A DNA stretch of 63,970 nt, filler included, from Licmophora abbreviata (Eukaryota), in NCBI GenBank assembly GCA_900291995.1. It is 12 parts of 12 records of this genome, joined end to end, with 100 filler letters (N's around TTAATTAATTAA, not from the genome) between each part and the next. Parts side by side here need not be neighbours in the genome. Positions count along the whole stretch, not along the records: positions 60,781 to 62,688 come from OLMU01004042.1; positions 62,789 to 63,970 come from OLMU01004064.1; 10 more parts are not named here. One strand, given 5' to 3'. The position numbers and the translations under genes are program-made. A model generated the notes under the pieces. It did not search any database and was not told the DNA's origin. It was given only the letters and a program-made list of their open reading frames with translations. Every line of letters begins with the position of its first letter. Position 1 is the stretch's first letter. Shown piece after piece: positions 60,783-63,970 of the stretch.

Positions 60783-62603
60783 ACGACGCGTACTGCGTTA
60801 AAGCCACCTCCGCCACCCGAGAGAATAAGAATGACTCGTTTGATTCGCAACAACCTCTGGGTGTCCGTACGAACGCGTGCCGAGTCGCATCCCCACGACG
60901 TCGCACCCTCTACGGCAGCAGTCGCTGGAAGTACTAGTACACTGTTGGTACTGGCAGTCCGAGCCGGAGCACCCTTACATACAGTACAAGCGCTCGTCCA
61001 GGCCAATCGAGATCAGCTGGGAGTCATTCACCAGTATCATGGTACGGTCTTACACGAAGCTATCCTGCATCGATCGCGTCCTTGCGTGATTCGATTCTTG
61101 CTCCATGCCATGATGACTCTGTACAATCATCGCCCAGCACCAAATGGTTCCATTCCTAATAGCATTCTTCAACAGGACGATAGCTTGGGTCGCAATGCAC
61201 TGCATCTATTGGTGGTTCATTTCACGCAACGAATACGACAAGACGCCGACCTTAACAACGACGAAACGTGGGATATCTTGGAATGCCTCATACGAGCCTA
61301 CCCACCCGCTCTGCAACACATGGACTGCGATGGGAACACGCCACTTCTACTCGCACTCCTAGTACCTTGTACAACAAATTCTACTTCTACAACAACAACG
61401 TTGCGTGACTCAGACGAGGCTTCCTTGTTTCGATTGATTGCTCTCATGGTCTCCACCGATCCCTCCAGTGCGAGAGTAGCTGCTGTAAGCAGCTCTGTTG
61501 GACAAAAGTTGTCGCATGGTGCTTCTCCAAACCCACTCACATATGCACTCCTCTACGGCCGATCGGAGGCGACCATTCAAATATTATTGGATGCACATCA
61601 GGACCATAACCAATCGCGTCACCACAGTACGAACAATCCATGTTTGACGATTTGCAGTGGCCATCACGAGGTTCCCTTGCATTTGGCTGTTTCCATGCGT
61701 GCGGAATGTTCCATGCTGTCACGATTAATGAGAATGGACGACGACAGTCATTCTGCTGCTGCTGCTGCTGCTGCTGCTGTGGGAGTAGGAGATGTCTACC
61801 AACTGACACCCTTGGATTGGTTGTGGATTCGTCATGTCGTTGACTGGTGTTCCGATTCCACAACAGCTGTTACTACTGCAGTGTCACCGTCAAAGAGACG
61901 CTATTTATCTCCCAACTTTTTAGATTGGCATCGGCGTGTCAGTAGAGAAATGAGCGAAAGGATGAATCATGACGAGGACAAGACCGTTTCTGCTGTTGTC
62001 GCTTGCAGACTTCGAGACAGTTTGTGGGAAAGGGCGTCTTTGTTGTTGCCGGCTGCAGCGTCTGCGTATGATGATGACGAAGAGGAAGACGAACAACAAC
62101 AACGAGGATCGTCCTTCTCCCCTTGGCCACCCTTGCATGCCGCCTGTCGCGTGAAAACACCACTGGCCATGATTCAATTGGCCCTCGACAAGATGTCATC
62201 TTCCTCCTCTTCCTTTCATGCTGGTCAGCTCCCACTGCATCTTGCCTGTGCACGACGACAATACTACTACGCCACCGTCCCCGTGGGTGCATCCTCGCGA
62301 CCGCGGTTGTTAAAGGAAACCACATCACCCATTTCATCTCTGCTAATTAGCTTTCCTGGAGCCGTACGGATTCGTGATTTGAAGCATCAACAGTTGCCCT
62401 TGCATATTGCCATTGAGCGTGGTGCTTGTTTGGAGGATATGGAAGTGTTATTTTCTTATTATCCCGAGTCGTTGGAGCAGAGGGATGGCAAGACGAAACT
62501 GTATCCCTTTCAGCAGGCTGCAGCTGTGATGAAACCACAGCTGGATACGATCTTTACGTTGCTACTGAAGCATCCAACGTTGGTTGCGAGTGGGGTTGCA
62601 TGA
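60783..62603 (+). CDS. Ankyrin-like repeat protein (degenerate PLH-A repeats), possibly 5' truncated
   Basis: LGRNALHLL, DGNTPLLLAL, VPLHLAV, LPLHLAC, LPLHIAI and TKLYPFQQAA...LDTIFTLL..P C-terminus. Confidence 0.8.
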   Translation, partial: TTRTALKPPPPPERIRMTRLIRNNLWVSVRTRAESHPHDVAPSTAAVAGSTSTLLVLAVRAGAPLHTVQALVQANRDQLGVIHQYHGTVLHEAILHRSRPCVIRFLLHAMMTLYNHRPAPNGSIPNSILQQDDSLGRNALHLLVVHFTQRIRQDADLNNDETWDILECLIRAYPPALQHMDCDGNTPLLLALLVPCTTNSTSTTTTLRDSDEASLFRLIALMVSTDPSSARVAAVSSSVGQKLSHGASPNPLTYALLYGRSEATIQILLDAHQDHNQSRHHSTNNPCLTICSGHHEVPLHLAVSMRAECSMLSRLMRMDDDSHSAAAAAAAAVGVGDVYQLTPLDWLWIRHVVDWCSDSTTAVTTAVSPSKRRYLSPNFLDWHRRVSREMSERMNHDEDKTVSAVVACRLRDSLWERASLLLPAAASAYDDDEEEDEQQQRGSSFSPWPPLHAACRVKTPLAMIQLALDKMSSSSSSFHAGQLPLHLACARRQYYYATVPVGASSRPRLLKETTSPISSLLISFPGAVRIRDLKHQQLPLHIAIERGACLEDMEVLFSYYPESLEQRDGKTKLYPFQQAAAVMKPQLDTIFTLLLKHPTLVASGVA

Positions 62604-62688
62604 TTGAGAAACGTCGTAGGATAGTTAACACGACCCGAAGAATGGAACAGCAGTCAGGACACTTGCTAGCGTTTGTTCGAGTGAAGCC

Positions 62689-62788
62689 NNNNNNNNNNNN
62701 NNNNNNNNNNNNNNNNNNNNNNNNNNNNNNNNTTAATTAATTAANNNNNNNNNNNNNNNNNNNNNNNNNNNNNNNNNNNNNNNNNNNN
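62689..62788. other. Assembly spacer
   Basis: N-run with TTAATTAATTAA. Confidence 0.98.
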
Positions 62789-62789
62789 T

Positions 62790-63970
62790 GGTGTCCTCCA
62801 AGGTGGTCCCAGCAGTAGTGATCTCCTTGCACTCTGCATGGACCCAGTCTACAAATCTGTCGACGGGACCCTCACAGAGCACCAAGGCTTTCTCCGTGCG
62901 GTCCACGACGATTGTTTCCTTGTTGGGCCCCCCAAAACTGTCTTTGAGCAGCTCGAACATATTCGACACCAAACGTCTACCATTGGCCTTGTCCTTCGCC
63001 CCGATAAATGTCGTGTCTACATTGCCCCGGACTTTCGGACAGAGTCATTTCACCGTTTACGTGCTTCCATCCCACAGGACTTTGTTACTCTCCCGTGTGG
63101 AAGCAATTCGTTTGGGATCCAAATTGCCAGTATCCCCCTTGGTGCACCCTCTTTCATCAAGAGGAAACTTGCTGACGTCGCCTCCACACGCCTTACCCAA
63201 TTCAAAAGCTGTGAAGACTTCTTCTGCCCAGACAAATACGATTCTGTTGCTATGGATGGTATCCCTCTTCGTCAAGCCCTGCATACCTTGACTTTTCGAT
63301 CTCTCCAACATATGGGCGACTACTGGCCTCGACATCTTGACCCTGCCCACTGTGTGGGATTTGCACAGTTACTAGACAATGGCATTGACCGCCTCATTGA
63401 GACTTCCACTGGTATCAAATTGGACTCTTTTGACACCATTGCCTGTGCACGGCTGCGCCTTCCGGTTTCTTCTAAAGGCTGTGGTTTCCGAAAGCTTCAA
63501 CATCGCCTCGGCTCCGAATTCCTCGGAGGCTTACACCATGGTATTGTTCCTCTTCTAACGGCCTTCTCTATCCCCCTGGCTTTTGAGGAATCTTACCCAG
63601 TACAGCTCCCACCGAATCTTCGGTCGCCTTCCATCCTTCGTCTGTATGGCACTTTGGCGTTTGTTGACAACAATGTTCAACCTTGGGATCACATTCTGCG
63701 ACTTTTCCCAAACTCGACCGTTTCCCAGTCGATTTTAAACAGCTGGACCTCGCTCACAGATGTCTTTACAACTCATGGTCTTCAGCCTGCGACTGATTCA
63801 CTCCTCTCCGAACATGTCTCGACCGCCGGCTCTAGGAAAGGCAAAGCCCCTCCACGTTCTGTTACTCATGCACTTTCCAAAGAATATGAACAAGCTTTAT
63901 TTCAAGCAACAAATTCTACTGTTCACGATCTACCCTGGAAGTCTCAATGCGCTATTGCATGGAAGAATGT
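62790..63970 (+). mobile_element. Non-LTR retrotransposon reverse transcriptase ORF fragment (CRE/Ambal-like), open at both ends
   Basis: Manual translation from 62790 has no stop to the window end. It reads GVLQGGPSSSDLLALCM (RT motif 4), FLRAVHDDCFLVGP (motif 5), IGLVLRPDKCRVY (motif 6), GIQIASIPLG (motif 7) and ARLRLPVSSKGCGFR (thumb). Confidence 0.85.

Noticed and set aside
4583..62788. Eleven identical TTAATTAATTAA motifs flanked by N runs
   Set aside because: These are artificial 100-nt gap linkers with stops in all frames, not a biological repeat or CRISPR array.
62791..63291. 166-aa ORF listed in the track at the window end
   Set aside because: This is the wrong frame; the real coding frame starts at 62790 and encodes the reverse transcriptase.

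Overview
Gene-dense eukaryotic nuclear DNA, most likely from a diatom or related ochrophyte. The evidence is short GT-AG introns, bipartite signal plus ASAF-like plastid presequences, and typical LRR and ankyrin-like families. Eleven artificial 100-nt spacers (44 N + TTAATTAATTAA + 44 N) break the window; several genes continue across them, so at least some are scaffold gaps. About 29 genes are recognisable: PEX6-like (3' end), NSE4, RBM19/MRD1, a prolyl-4-hydroxylase-like oxygenase, two ankyrin-like proteins, a TSET TWD40/TTRAY-like protein, two tandem ammonium transporters, an ISWI remodeler, a FEX fluoride exporter, nitronate monooxygenase, a secreted malectin-kelch protein, SYF1, HDHD2-like, a plastid thioredoxin, an unknown secreted protein, UROD, a DHH-EF-hand-CBS protein, a two-pore K+ channel, an LRR membrane protein, an ER glutathione peroxidase, CreA, condensin CAP-H, FUN14, GPDH, an unknown membrane protein, a GT61 glycosyltransferase and a copper amine oxidase. 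The most notable items are: (1) an open non-LTR retrotransposon reverse transcriptase frame at the window end, missed by the ORF track, with VHDD in place of YxDD; (2) a DHH/DHHA1-CBS phosphoesterase with an inserted EF-hand pair; (3) an Nse4 kleisin with a duplicated 105-aa tail and a C-terminal hydrophobic segment; (4) an ISWI with extra HMG, CxxC and winged-helix-like modules; (5) an AMT gene with two micro-exons and long introns. Four single-base frameshifts in otherwise intact genes are most likely assembly errors. All family assignments come from motif recognition by eye; no database search was run.
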